Positions 27,763 through 36,137 of a stretch of DNA of 64,000 nt are shown piece by piece. How positions within the stretch are numbered: position 1 is the first letter of the stretch; every line of letters starts with the position of its first letter. The notes under the pieces were generated by a model. That model ran no database searches, was not told where the DNA came from, and worked only from the letters and a program-made list of their open reading frames with translations. The stretch is from a virus (Duplodnaviria > Heunggongvirae > Uroviricota > Caudoviricetes), in IMG/VR virus record IMGVR_UViG_3300035678_000001; one strand, given 5' to 3'. A program made the position numbers and the translations under genes.

Positions 27763-28234
27763 CTTCGCCCAGCCCGAAGTCGATGCCGTTGATGATCGCG
27801 CAGTGCTTGACCATGACGACGGCGTGGACCAGAGCCTGTCCGTCGATGGCGCCGGTCTGGGCGAGTGCGTGCGCCATGCGCTCCACGTCAGCCAGCGTGT
27901 AGTAGCGGAAGCCTGCCTGGGTGCGGCTCGGTTCGAGCACCTTGCCGTCGAGGACGAAGTAGCCCTTGGGGTGCGTCGTCTTGTTCGGGCGGGCTCGCCA
28001 GCGCAGCCAGTCCGGCCCCTTGCCGAAGAAGACCTTGGCGACCTCCTGCACGGTGAACGATGGCTCGGGGAGCACCTCCTCCTCGGCGCCGAACTTGTTG
28101 ATCTTGGTCGTGACCGGGAACATCTCCGGCTCGGTCCAGAAGCGACGACCCTCGGGCAACGCGATGTCGGCCTGGGCCAACACGAGCACTTGGGGCTCGG
28201 TCAGAACCGGCGCCTCCATGACGGGCTCGGTCAC
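27755..28234 (-). CDS. Hypothetical protein, ~155-160 aa
   Basis: Track ORF 27755..28597, trimmed to the GTG at 28234 or ATG at 28219. The upstream part is Ser/Pro/Arg-rich and overlaps the neighbouring gene. Confidence 0.45.
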   Translation of the reverse strand: MTEPVMEAPVLTEPQVLVLAQADIALPEGRRFWTEPEMFPVTTKINKFGAEEEVLPEPSFTVQEVAKVFFGKGPDWLRWRARPNKTTHPKGYFVLDGKVLEPSRTQAGFRYYTLADVERMAHALAQTGAIDGQALVHAVVMVKHCAIINGIDFGLGEDA

Positions 28235-28304
28235 GTGCGACTCCTTGGTAGGGGTGGGGAAGACCGAGCCGCCCCGGCGTGGAGAACCGGGGCGGCTCGG
28301 CGGA

Positions 28305-29075
28305 CTAGGACTGCTTGCGGACGAACAGGGCGGTGGAGACGCCCGTGCGCTGGCTGATCTTGCGCAGGAGGGCGAGGCGCTCCGGGTTCTTCTTGATCGA
28401 CTCCATCGCCTTGGCCGGGTCGTAGACACGGACCTCGCGGGTGAAGGCCAGGTAGTCCTCGCGGGTGATGTCCCCGGCCTCGTAGAGGGCCAGCAGGCGC
28501 TCACCCTGGTCGTCGTTGACGCCGCCTGTGCGGTACTCGCGGGACCACGCCTGGTCGGTGCCGGGGACGTTGAGGCGCTCTGGCTTCTTCGGGGCACACA
28601 GCACGTAGTGGCCGTTCTGGTCGCGCTCGGTGGCCTGCACGATGACCTGGCCGGTCGCCGGGTCCACCTGGGACTTCGGCACGGCTACGCCGCGCTCCTC
28701 GGCGTCCACGTCCATGTGGTGGCGGACGATGGTCTTGATGTCCTCCTCGCGACCGTCGAGCAGGTCACCGATGGTCTTGAGCACCTCGCGCTCCTTGAAC
28801 AGCGTGGTGATCTCCTCCGGCTTGAGGGTGCGGCGCGTGCCGGGCTGGACCTTGCCGAAGACCTCGGGCAGCACCTTGAGCGCCTCGGTCTGGGCCTCGG
28901 TGATCGTGCGGACCGGCGCCACCGCCGGGAAGGGGATGTCGAAGACGTAGTTGCTGATGGGCAACTCGTCGGTGACCGCAAGGACGAGATCCTTCATCGT
29001 CGCGTCGGCCTTGCGGAGCGCGATCTTCCCGCGCTCGATGTACGGCTGGACCTCGGTGCTCGTGCTCTCGCTCAT
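28305..29075 (-). CDS. Hypothetical protein, 256 aa
   Basis: Track ORF trimmed to MSESTSTEVQPY at 29075. Confidence 0.5.
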   Translation of the reverse strand: MSESTSTEVQPYIERGKIALRKADATMKDLVLAVTDELPISNYVFDIPFPAVAPVRTITEAQTEALKVLPEVFGKVQPGTRRTLKPEEITTLFKEREVLKTIGDLLDGREEDIKTIVRHHMDVDAEERGVAVPKSQVDPATGQVIVQATERDQNGHYVLCAPKKPERLNVPGTDQAWSREYRTGGVNDDQGERLLALYEAGDITREDYLAFTREVRVYDPAKAMESIKKNPERLALLRKISQRTGVSTALFVRKQS

Positions 29076-29125
29076 GAACGTCCCATCGTTGGTGTGCCGC
29101 CTACGGCACGATGGGAGAAACACTA

Positions 29126-29161
29126 CAAGCATCCTCGGTAATAGGCAACCAAGGATGCTTG
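29126..29161 (-). terminator. Perfect 10-bp-stem hairpin (CAAGCATCCT - 16-nt loop - AGGATGCTTG) immediately after the lysis cassette. Candidate intrinsic terminator / operon boundary.
   Basis: Seen directly in the sequence. The right arm overlaps a copy of motif family 2 (GGATGCTTGGAGTG). Confidence 0.45.
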
Positions 29162-29189
29162 GAGTGGTCTAACGGGCGTTCAGGCGTCA

Positions 29190-29333
29190 GTAGTACCGGC
29201 GGCGCGTCCCTCCGAGGGGCACGAAGTTCAGCACCAGCCCGACGATGAGCAGCACCAGTCCGATGACGAACAGGATGTGGATGCTCGCCAGCAAGCCGAT
29301 GAGCAGCAGGATGAGTCCGAGGATGACCATGCC
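29190..29333 (-). CDS. Mini membrane protein (47 aa), not in the ORF track
   Basis: Reverse-complement translation MVILGLILLLIGLLASIHILFVIGLVLLIVGLVLNFVPLGGTRRRYY. Two hydrophobic helices and a basic tail. Confidence 0.35.
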
Positions 29334-29339
29334 GCGCTC

Positions 29340-29510
29340 CTAGAAGTGGATCGGGTGGTTGACGGTGCAGAACTGGACGATGAAGCCCACGGTCAGGACG
29401 CCGAGGCCGAGAGCGACCGAAGTGCGTCGGTAGCGGCCTGCGAAGTCGTCGGTGAGCAAGAAGAAGATCACCGCCGCGATGATGAACAAGATCAGGCTGA
29501 ACACGTTCAT
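29340..29510 (-). CDS. Mini membrane protein (56 aa), not in the ORF track
   Basis: Reverse-complement translation MNVFSLILFIIAAVIFFLLTDDFAGRYRRTSVALGLGVLTVGFIVQFCTVNHPIHF. Confidence 0.35.
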   Translation of the reverse strand: MNVFSLILFIIAAVIFFLLTDDFAGRYRRTSVALGLGVLTVGFIVQFCTVNHPIHF

Positions 29511-29552
29511 GGGGTACTCCTTGGGTAGGGACGTGGTGTCCTTGATCTACCC

Positions 29553-30020
29553 CTACGGAGCAGCGTCACCCTCGGGCACGTAGTCGGGCGGCGCCGGGGT
29601 GCCGTCTGCCGAGAAGTCGCCGGTCGGTGCCGTGTCGAGATCGGGGTCGCCCTCGACAGGGGCATCCTCGGCCACAGGTGCCTCGTCAGGGACCGGCGCC
29701 GGGTCGGCGGGCAGTCCGACCTGATCCGGGACGATGGTCATGCCAGGGGCGTTGTCAGCCGCTGCTGCGCCGAGGCTGGGGAAGATCTGCCGGTAGGCGC
29801 ACTCAAGGACCGGCACAAGGAACGCCAGCAGCGTCTTCTTGTCGAAGTGCCCGCCCATGAGGAACGGCAGGAGCGTCGGCATCGCGGCGGCGACGGACAG
29901 GCGCAGGAAGCGGACGATCTGCTCGCGGAAGTGGTCGGCGCTGCGCCGCCAGGTCTGCCGGAGCGCCTTGATGGCCTCGGGCTTGGAGCCGCTGACGACA
30001 GCGACGGTGGCGACGGTCAT
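29553..30020 (-). CDS. Holin-like membrane protein, 155 aa
   Basis: Two predicted TM segments (LSVAAAMPTLLPFLMGG, LLAFLVPVLECAY) followed by a Pro/Ala/Asp-rich tail. Lies just upstream of the HNH and endolysin genes. Confidence 0.4.
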   Translation of the reverse strand: MTVATVAVVSGSKPEAIKALRQTWRRSADHFREQIVRFLRLSVAAAMPTLLPFLMGGHFDKKTLLAFLVPVLECAYRQIFPSLGAAAADNAPGMTIVPDQVGLPADPAPVPDEAPVAEDAPVEGDPDLDTAPTGDFSADGTPAPPDYVPEGDAAP

Positions 30021-30658
30021 GGCGTGATGATCCTCTCGGCGGTAGTCCAGTTGGTCCTGATGGCCTTCTGGGCGGCGTGCAGTCGAGCGAGGGTGGGCTT
30101 CTTGCAGACCCAGGCGTGCAGGCGGTTCTCCACCGCGTCCTTGCCGTTGGGCACCTTGCCCGCCTCGGGCCAGAGGTTCTTGATGTCGTTCGAGCCACCG
30201 AGTTGGAGCGAGATCAGGTGGTCGATCTCGCCCTTGAACGGACTGGCTCCGTACGCCTCGACCACGCGCTTCTTCTGCGCCGCCGTGACGTGCCGGGCAT
30301 CAGCCGCCGTCCCTGGCGTGCAGACCTCACTGACCGACACGAGCCGCGTGGCGCCAGGAGTGCAGTGCGGGTCAGGCAGCGGCTTGGCCTCGGTGCCGCC
30401 GTAGAAGCACCGGGGCGGCTCGGCCCCCACGATGACGATGGGCGGACCGCCGTTGGGGCCAGGGGTGATGACCGTGACCGGCAGCGGCGAGCCGTTGGCG
30501 TCGTGGGGCCGGTTGATGACCACCGGGGTGTCGTTGCGGCTGATCGCCTTCGTCTCCGAGTGCGACCCGTGGACAGCCGTGTAGAGGCCACCGGCAGCGA
30601 CCATCGCTGCGGTGATCCCGGCGATCCCCGCCTTCTGCTTGCCCGTCGTCTCGGGCAC
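30017..30658 (-). CDS. Membrane-anchored / secreted HNH nuclease domain protein, 213 aa
   Basis: N-terminal TM/signal segment GIAGITAAMVAAGGLYTAV. HNH signature FKGEIDHLISLQLGGSNDIKNLWP. Confidence 0.55.
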   Translation of the reverse strand: MPETTGKQKAGIAGITAAMVAAGGLYTAVHGSHSETKAISRNDTPVVINRPHDANGSPLPVTVITPGPNGGPPIVIVGAEPPRCFYGGTEAKPLPDPHCTPGATRLVSVSEVCTPGTAADARHVTAAQKKRVVEAYGASPFKGEIDHLISLQLGGSNDIKNLWPEAGKVPNGKDAVENRLHAWVCKKPTLARLHAAQKAIRTNWTTAERIITP

Positions 30659-31464
30659 TAGCGGGTGACCCGCTGCATGGCCGTCAGGGTCTGCGGGCCG
30701 ACCTCACCGTCCGGCGCGAGGCCGTGGTACTTCTGGAAGGTCTTGACGATGCCGTCCGTCTTCGGACCCCACACGCCGTCCTGCTTGACGGCACCGCAGG
30801 CCCACTGGACGAACTTGACCTCGGCGCTGGTCATGTTGCCGCCGAGCCGCAGGACCGGGCGGGCCTTGGAGAGCACCGGGGTCTTGTACGGGTTGGCCTT
30901 GAGCGTCTTCGCGGCGGGCTTCGGGGCTGCGGCAGCAGGCTTGGCTGCACCCGGCTGCACGAGCCACTTGGACGACTGCAAGACGCCCATCACGGTCGCG
31001 TCCTTGTGGCGCTTGCGGTAGTAGCACCCGCCGCCGTTGCGCTGGCTCCCGGCGTTGCCGGGGCTGGTGTTGAACTCGAACGTGAGGATCCACTCGCCCA
31101 TGTCCTGAATGACGATGCCGGTGTGGTCGGCGTGGCCGTTCTTCGGCCAGTCGAACAGGATGGTGTCGCCGGGGGAGAAGCGGACGCCGGGACGGTTGGG
31201 CAGCCACAACTTGTGGCTCTTGGCCCACGACACGCCATCCGGGGTGTACGAGAAGCCCCACGGGTGGTCGATGGCCGGGAACGGGTGCCCGGCGTGCTTC
31301 CACACCCAGGAGACGCCGCCAGCGCAGTACGGCTGGCCGTTGAAGTTGGGCTGCAACTCATCCCAGACGAAGATGATGTTGCCGCTCTTGCCGTCTGGAC
31401 CGCCGCGCTCGACCTTGTTGTTCACGCTGTCGCATACGCGCTTGATGTCCGCGAACGTCGTCAC
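30658..31464 (-). CDS. Endolysin: CHAP-domain peptidase with a C-terminal peptidoglycan-binding domain
   Basis: CHAP Cys/His (GQPYCAGGVSWVW ... GHADHTGIVI). C-terminal PG_binding_1-like segment FVQWACGAVKQDGVWGPKTDGIVKTFQKYHGLAPDGEVGPQT. GTG start at 31464. Confidence 0.8.
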   Translation of the reverse strand: MTTFADIKRVCDSVNNKVERGGPDGKSGNIIFVWDELQPNFNGQPYCAGGVSWVWKHAGHPFPAIDHPWGFSYTPDGVSWAKSHKLWLPNRPGVRFSPGDTILFDWPKNGHADHTGIVIQDMGEWILTFEFNTSPGNAGSQRNGGGCYYRKRHKDATVMGVLQSSKWLVQPGAAKPAAAAPKPAAKTLKANPYKTPVLSKARPVLRLGGNMTSAEVKFVQWACGAVKQDGVWGPKTDGIVKTFQKYHGLAPDGEVGPQTLTAMQRVTR

Positions 31465-31478
31465 TGTGCCTCCCGGCT

Positions 31479-31494
31479 CTCACCCCTTCACAGG
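31479..31494 (-). promoter_or_regulatory. Conserved late-gene leader motif copy 1 (plus strand ctcaccccttcacagg; coding strand CCTGTGAAGGGGTGAG), upstream of the endolysin RBS
   Basis: Identical 16-mer found four times in the window, always 15-30 nt upstream of a start codon. Confidence 0.55.
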
Positions 31495-31534
31495 AGATCG
31501 AGCCGGGAAGACAGGAACCGCTTGAGGTGGTGCC

Positions 31535-32461
31535 CTACTTGGTGGCGACCGCCAGGCCGGTGGCCGAGCCGCCGAAGCAGGAGAAGCCCGCCGGGAGCGG
31601 GCGGCTGTTGTCCACCGACTCCTTCACGATGTCGAGGCACTTCGACACGAGGATGCCGGGACTGTTGGTGACCGACGCAGCGAGCGCCCGGTTGGCAGCA
31701 GCCTGCGCCTCGTTGGTGAGCAACTGCTGCTTCGCCACGCGGGTCGCGGCGTACTGCTGCTGCAACTGGTTCAACTTGTCCTGGGTGCCCTTGTCGAAGT
31801 TGAAGATGGGGATGAGCACGGAGTTCACGTCGATCCACTTGCCGATGTCGGTGCGCATCTGCTCCTGCACCTTGGCGGCAAGGGCGACGGCACTCGGCTG
31901 GTTGCTGTTGCCGTTCTCGTCCAGCCCCAGCGGGTCATAGCCAGCGAACGCACCGTTGACCGCCGTCTGCAAGTCACGCAGCAGAAGGTTCTTCGTGATG
32001 GCGTCGTTGTCCTTGTAGTTGCGGAACAGGTAGTCCACACCGTCCTCGCGGATCTGCCAGCGCAGCGAGATGTTGACGCAGGCCGTGGCCTGGCGGGCGA
32101 TGCGGACGTTGATGCACGAGCCCTCGGCGTGGCTCTGGGTGCCCTCGCCCTTGTCGCTGGCGTAGGTGTCGGTCTGGATGGCGTCGGAGAGTTCGTGCTT
32201 GACCTGCCACGGAGCCTTGAGGTGGAAGCCGTTGCCGAGGGCTCCGTCCGGCTTGCCGAAGGTGGTGAGCACAGCGACGTTCTTGGTGCCGACCGGAGCG
32301 AGCATCGAGATGACGCCGAACAACAGGGCCAGCAGGCCGAGAACGCCCGTGCCCCACGGCAGACCCTCTCGGGCCTCGCTGCCGGGCTCCGCGAGCCGTG
32401 ACGCTGCGAACAGCACCAGGGCCACCACGATGCAGATGACGAACAGCCAGAAGCAGAGCAC
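31535..32461 (-). CDS. SPFH / band-7 (stomatin-prohibitin-like) membrane protein, 308 aa
   Basis: N-terminal TM helix FWLFVICIVVALVLFAA then VAVLTTFGKPDGALGNGFHLKAPWQVKHELSDAIQTD, typical of the SPFH core. C-terminal coiled-coil-like Gln-rich segment. Confidence 0.6.
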   Translation of the reverse strand: MLCFWLFVICIVVALVLFAASRLAEPGSEAREGLPWGTGVLGLLALLFGVISMLAPVGTKNVAVLTTFGKPDGALGNGFHLKAPWQVKHELSDAIQTDTYASDKGEGTQSHAEGSCINVRIARQATACVNISLRWQIREDGVDYLFRNYKDNDAITKNLLLRDLQTAVNGAFAGYDPLGLDENGNSNQPSAVALAAKVQEQMRTDIGKWIDVNSVLIPIFNFDKGTQDKLNQLQQQYAATRVAKQQLLTNEAQAAANRALAASVTNSPGILVSKCLDIVKESVDNSRPLPAGFSCFGGSATGLAVATK

Positions 32462-32464
32462 GGA

Positions 32465-34444
32465 TCAGTCCTTCGCGTAGAAGTTGCGCACGTCCGCCAG
32501 GTCCATCGTGACCGGGCAGTCCGGCAGGTTGCCGACGATCTTGCGACCGTAGCCCTCGGTGACGAGGCGGCTGTCGAGGATGGCGACGACACCACGGTCC
32601 GTCTTGGACCGGATGAGGCGCCCGAAGCCCTGCAAGAGGGTCAGTGTCATGGCCGGGATGCTCATGCCACCGAAGGACGCCGAGCGACCGGCAGCGCGGT
32701 CGTAGGCGGCGCAGCGGGCGTTGAACATCACGTCGGTGGGGACGGCGAAGGGCATCTTGTCGATGACCACGAGGCGGCACGTCTCGCCAGCGAAGTCCAC
32801 GCCCGTGAAGAAGGACTTGAGGGCGAACAGGACCGAGTGCTCGTCGGCCTGGAAGGCGGCGGCGATCTCCTTGTTGTTGCCGTCCTGGCCCTGCATGAAG
32901 GTGTTGAAGCCCTTGCGCGCCAGCGTCGGCTTGAGCGCCGCGTAGGTGGACTGCATCGAGGCCCGCGAGGTGAACAGCAGCAGGGCGCCACCACCAGCAG
33001 CCTCGACCAGTTCGAGGGTGGTCACGGCGGCGACCTGACGCCACGCCTGGGTCTGCTTCGGGCTCGGGACGTTGCGGCCCGGCAGGTAGAGCAGCGCCTG
33101 GTTGTCGAAGTCGAACGGCGAGCCGACGTTCAGCGTCAGCGGGTCCGGCAGGCCGATCCGGCTCTGGATGTAGGTGAAGTCGCCGCCGACCGAGAGGGTG
33201 GCCGACACGAGGATCGAGGGCACCCGGCTCCACAGCCAGGCGTTCAGCCAGTCACCGACGTTGAGCGGCGCGTTCTTGAAGATGCGGTTGCCCTTGCCGT
33301 CGTCCTCCATCCAGCGGACGAGCGAGTCGTCCTCGGCGGTGATGACCTGGGCGATGCGCTCGGCGTAGCCGTTGGCGCGCTGGGCCAGGATGGTGCGGCG
33401 ACCCTCGGCCTTCTCGTCGCGGGCGCTGACGGCGCTGATCTTCTCGGCCATCTCGCGCAGGGCGTCGATCAACTGGGCGAACGTCTCGAAGTTCTCCGCG
33501 AAGTACCGCAGCGTCATGACGGACTCCGGGCCGAACTTCTCCGGCAGCAGCGACCAGACGGCGGTGAGGGCGTTGGTGACCTCGAAGCCGTGCAGGTCGC
33601 GGTCCTCGCTGCCCTGCTCCCCGGCGAAGTTGCGGACCTCGGTGATGAGGCGACGGACGCCGGACTCGCGGATCGAGTCGCCCAGCGCGTTGGTGGCGTA
33701 GTCCTCGATCTCGTGGGCCTCGTCCAGCACGACGGCCTCGTACTCGCCCAGCATCTGCGCGTGGCCGTCCGTCATCTCGCGGACCTTGAGGTCGGTGAAC
33801 AGCAGCGCGTGGTTGGTGACCACCACGTCGGCAGCCTTGGCGCGGGCCTTGGCAGCCTCCGCGAAGCAGACCGAGCCGAAGGGGCACTCGCGCTTGCCGG
33901 GGCACTCGTCGCTCGTGCTGGCGATGGAGCGCCAGTCCATGTCGGTCATCGGGGTGGAGAAGTGCTGCTTGTCGCCGTCGTGGTTGGGGTCTTCGGCCAA
34001 CTCGGTCAGCACGTCCGCGAGGAACGGCGCCTGGTCGGTGGTGGTGTTCTGCATCTTGTTGACGCAGGCGTAGTTGGAGCGGCCCTTGAGCAGCGCGAAC
34101 GAGAACGGCTTGCCGAGGTTGGCCTGCAAGAACGGCACGTCCTTGTTGGCGTACTGCTCCATCAGGGCGATGGTCGCGGTGGAGACGACGACCTTCTTGC
34201 CCGAGAGGATCGCCGGGATCATCGTGGCAAGGGACTTGCCGGTGCCGCAGCCCGCCTCGGCCAGCAGGTGGCGGCGGTCCTTGAGCGCCTTCTCGACGGC
34301 CTCCGCGAGCGCGTTCTGCTCCTTGCGCTGCTCGTAACCGGGGAGCATCGCCGCCAGGTTGGCCTGCGCGTCGGCCCACGTCTTGGGCTTGATGAGGGCG
34401 GGGGCTTCGGTCGTGGCGGTCATGTCTGGCTCCTCGGTCGTCAT
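32465..34444 (-). CDS. DinG/Rad3-family Fe-S helicase. The track start at 34657 is probably an over-extension.
   Basis: Walker A AGCGTGKSLATM, DEAH box VVLDEAHEIEDY and a Cys4 Fe-S cluster segment. Start set at the ATG 34444 (MTTEEPD, AGGAG RBS) because the upstream 200 bp carry intergenic motif family 2. The 34657 start cannot be excluded. Confidence 0.7.
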   Translation of the reverse strand: MTTEEPDMTATTEAPALIKPKTWADAQANLAAMLPGYEQRKEQNALAEAVEKALKDRRHLLAEAGCGTGKSLATMIPAILSGKKVVVSTATIALMEQYANKDVPFLQANLGKPFSFALLKGRSNYACVNKMQNTTTDQAPFLADVLTELAEDPNHDGDKQHFSTPMTDMDWRSIASTSDECPGKRECPFGSVCFAEAAKARAKAADVVVTNHALLFTDLKVREMTDGHAQMLGEYEAVVLDEAHEIEDYATNALGDSIRESGVRRLITEVRNFAGEQGSEDRDLHGFEVTNALTAVWSLLPEKFGPESVMTLRYFAENFETFAQLIDALREMAEKISAVSARDEKAEGRRTILAQRANGYAERIAQVITAEDDSLVRWMEDDGKGNRIFKNAPLNVGDWLNAWLWSRVPSILVSATLSVGGDFTYIQSRIGLPDPLTLNVGSPFDFDNQALLYLPGRNVPSPKQTQAWRQVAAVTTLELVEAAGGGALLLFTSRASMQSTYAALKPTLARKGFNTFMQGQDGNNKEIAAAFQADEHSVLFALKSFFTGVDFAGETCRLVVIDKMPFAVPTDVMFNARCAAYDRAAGRSASFGGMSIPAMTLTLLQGFGRLIRSKTDRGVVAILDSRLVTEGYGRKIVGNLPDCPVTMDLADVRNFYAKD

Positions 34445-34469
34445 GGGCTGGTCGTTGTGCTCCTGCGAA

Positions 34470-34502
34470 GGTACTACAGAGATGCTTGGAGTGACAAGTA
34501 CC
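34470..34502. promoter_or_regulatory. Motif family 2 copy (GGTACTAC-AGAGATGCTTGGAGTGACA-AGTACC, ends form an inverted repeat)
   Basis: Shares GGTACTACnnGAnATGnTTGG with 35109..35136 and GATGCTTGGAGTG with 29151..29169. Confidence 0.45.
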
Positions 34503-34653
34503 CCTTGGTGCTGCCCCAGGAGGGGCTTGGGGAGCCGACACCGGGCGTGGACCCACACGCCCGTTCTGATGTCGAGAGTGAAGCCGTAGTCGTCACCGTC
34601 AGAGCCCTCACAGGAGCAGGGCGCAGCGTACGGCGGGGTCACGACAGTTTCGG

Positions 34654-35073
34654 TCACCGGCTGGCGTGCTCCCGCTGACCGCGAGCCGCACCGGCCACGC
34701 GCTCCATCGTCCGGCGGTACTGCTCCTGATAGACGATGGTGCTCGGGGTGACGCCACGGGGGATGCCCGGCATGAGGTAGCCCTGCGGGTAGTCGTAGGA
34801 CTGCCCGACCTTCTCGATGCCGCCCGTGCCGTTGATGAACCGCTCGTTCTTGACGGTGCCGCAGCGTCCGCAGACCTCGGTGCGTCCGAGCGCCTCGATC
34901 TTGCGTCGTCCGGTCGTCGCCATCTTGATGACGTGGAAGTCGTTCTCGCGGACCCAGGCGTGTCGCAGACCGGGGTCACGGCAGTCGAGGAACTGGTCGG
35001 TCAGACCCTTGACCTTCTTGGCGACCTCGGCGGACGCCTTGAGTCCTGGCTTCTTGCGGGTGGTGCTCGCCAT
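34654..35073 (-). CDS. Hypothetical protein, 139 aa
   Basis: Track ORF with an ATG start and GGGAG RBS. Contains LDC...CGRCG. Confidence 0.5.
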   Translation of the reverse strand: MASTTRKKPGLKASAEVAKKVKGLTDQFLDCRDPGLRHAWVRENDFHVIKMATTGRRKIEALGRTEVCGRCGTVKNERFINGTGGIEKVGQSYDYPQGYLMPGIPRGVTPSTIVYQEQYRRTMERVAGAARGQREHASR

Positions 35074-35108
35074 GTAGTGGCTCCCTGTAGTCGGGGTGGT
35101 GCGTGGAA

Positions 35109-35136
35109 GGTACTACGAGAATGATTGGTATTGGTC
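35109..35136. promoter_or_regulatory. Motif family 2 copy (GGTACTACGAGAATGATTGGTATTGGTC)
   Basis: Shares GAAGGTACTACnnGAnATGnTTGG with 34470..34502 at a similar distance (~30 nt) from the downstream start codon. Confidence 0.45.
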
Positions 35137-36133
35137 AGCCGAGCGCCTTCTTGTTGCTGGCCCCCAAGGTCACCTCCGTCCCCAGGCTCGCGACAGCACC
35201 GGCCTGCTGACCAGCCTCTCGCCCGCGCCAGTCCCACTGGATCTCGGGCTCCTTGTGGACGCCCAACTTGCGGTCACCCACGTCGGCCTTGAACGCCTCA
35301 CTGACTTCGAGCGCCTTGGACCGGAGCACGAGCCCCGTCTCGTCGGACGAGGAGGCGTGCTGGTCGTCGTACTGCTTGCGGGCCTCGGCCTTGGCAGCCC
35401 ACAGCCGACCGGAGATCCGGGCGATGAAGCCGTCGTAGAAGTTCTGCCGCCAGATGCGGCCATCCACGGCGGTGCGCATCGACTCCTCAATCACCCACTC
35501 GCCGTTCTCGTCCTTGACCCGGACCTTGCGGAACTTCGGCGGCAGCGGGTAGTGCTTGTCGGCGTACTCCTGGCCGAGTTGCTCCACCATCTCGTCGTGG
35601 ACGCTCTGGCTGTCCGCGTAGTAGCGGTGGGTGTTCCACGACTCCTCATCGACCGGCTCACCCCAGGCGCGCTCATCGTTGGGGATCTCCTCGCGGACCC
35701 GCTTGTAGACCCGCTTCTTCTCCTTGTTGAGGCCGCGCTTGAGGCCGTCGTCGGCAGCAGCGACCATCTGGATGACGAGCGAGTTGTAGAGCGCCTCGGC
35801 CACGTCCTGATCGCCGGGGAAGCCGAACGGCCACACCACGGTGTTGTTGCTGGCGATCAGGCACTCAAGGTCGTTGACCGCCGCGATGGCGAGGAACAAC
35901 TGGCACTTCCACTTCGTCGTGGGGCTCAACCGCCACGACCGCTCCTCGATGCGGATGGTCCGCTTCTCGGGGGTCTGCCGCTTGGACTTGTCGGCCTGGT
36001 GCGCCCGAGCGATGGCGAGGTCGATGGCGTTGGCCGAGGCCAACTCCTGGGCCTTCTGCATGAAGGCCGCAGCCTCCTCCGGGGTGCTGGCGTTCTCGGC
36101 CTGGTGCAGCACCTTGGAGATGCGGTCGAGCAT
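35135..36133 (-). CDS. DUF2786-like hypothetical protein (~332 aa)
   Basis: N-terminus MLDRISKVLHQAENASTPEEAAAFMQKAQELASANAID resembles the DUF2786 family by recall. Start taken at the ATG 36133 rather than the overlapping 36172. Confidence 0.5.
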   Translation of the reverse strand: MLDRISKVLHQAENASTPEEAAAFMQKAQELASANAIDLAIARAHQADKSKRQTPEKRTIRIEERSWRLSPTTKWKCQLFLAIAAVNDLECLIASNNTVVWPFGFPGDQDVAEALYNSLVIQMVAAADDGLKRGLNKEKKRVYKRVREEIPNDERAWGEPVDEESWNTHRYYADSQSVHDEMVEQLGQEYADKHYPLPPKFRKVRVKDENGEWVIEESMRTAVDGRIWRQNFYDGFIARISGRLWAAKAEARKQYDDQHASSSDETGLVLRSKALEVSEAFKADVGDRKLGVHKEPEIQWDWRGREAGQQAGAVASLGTEVTLGASNKKALG

Positions 36134-36137
36134 CTTG

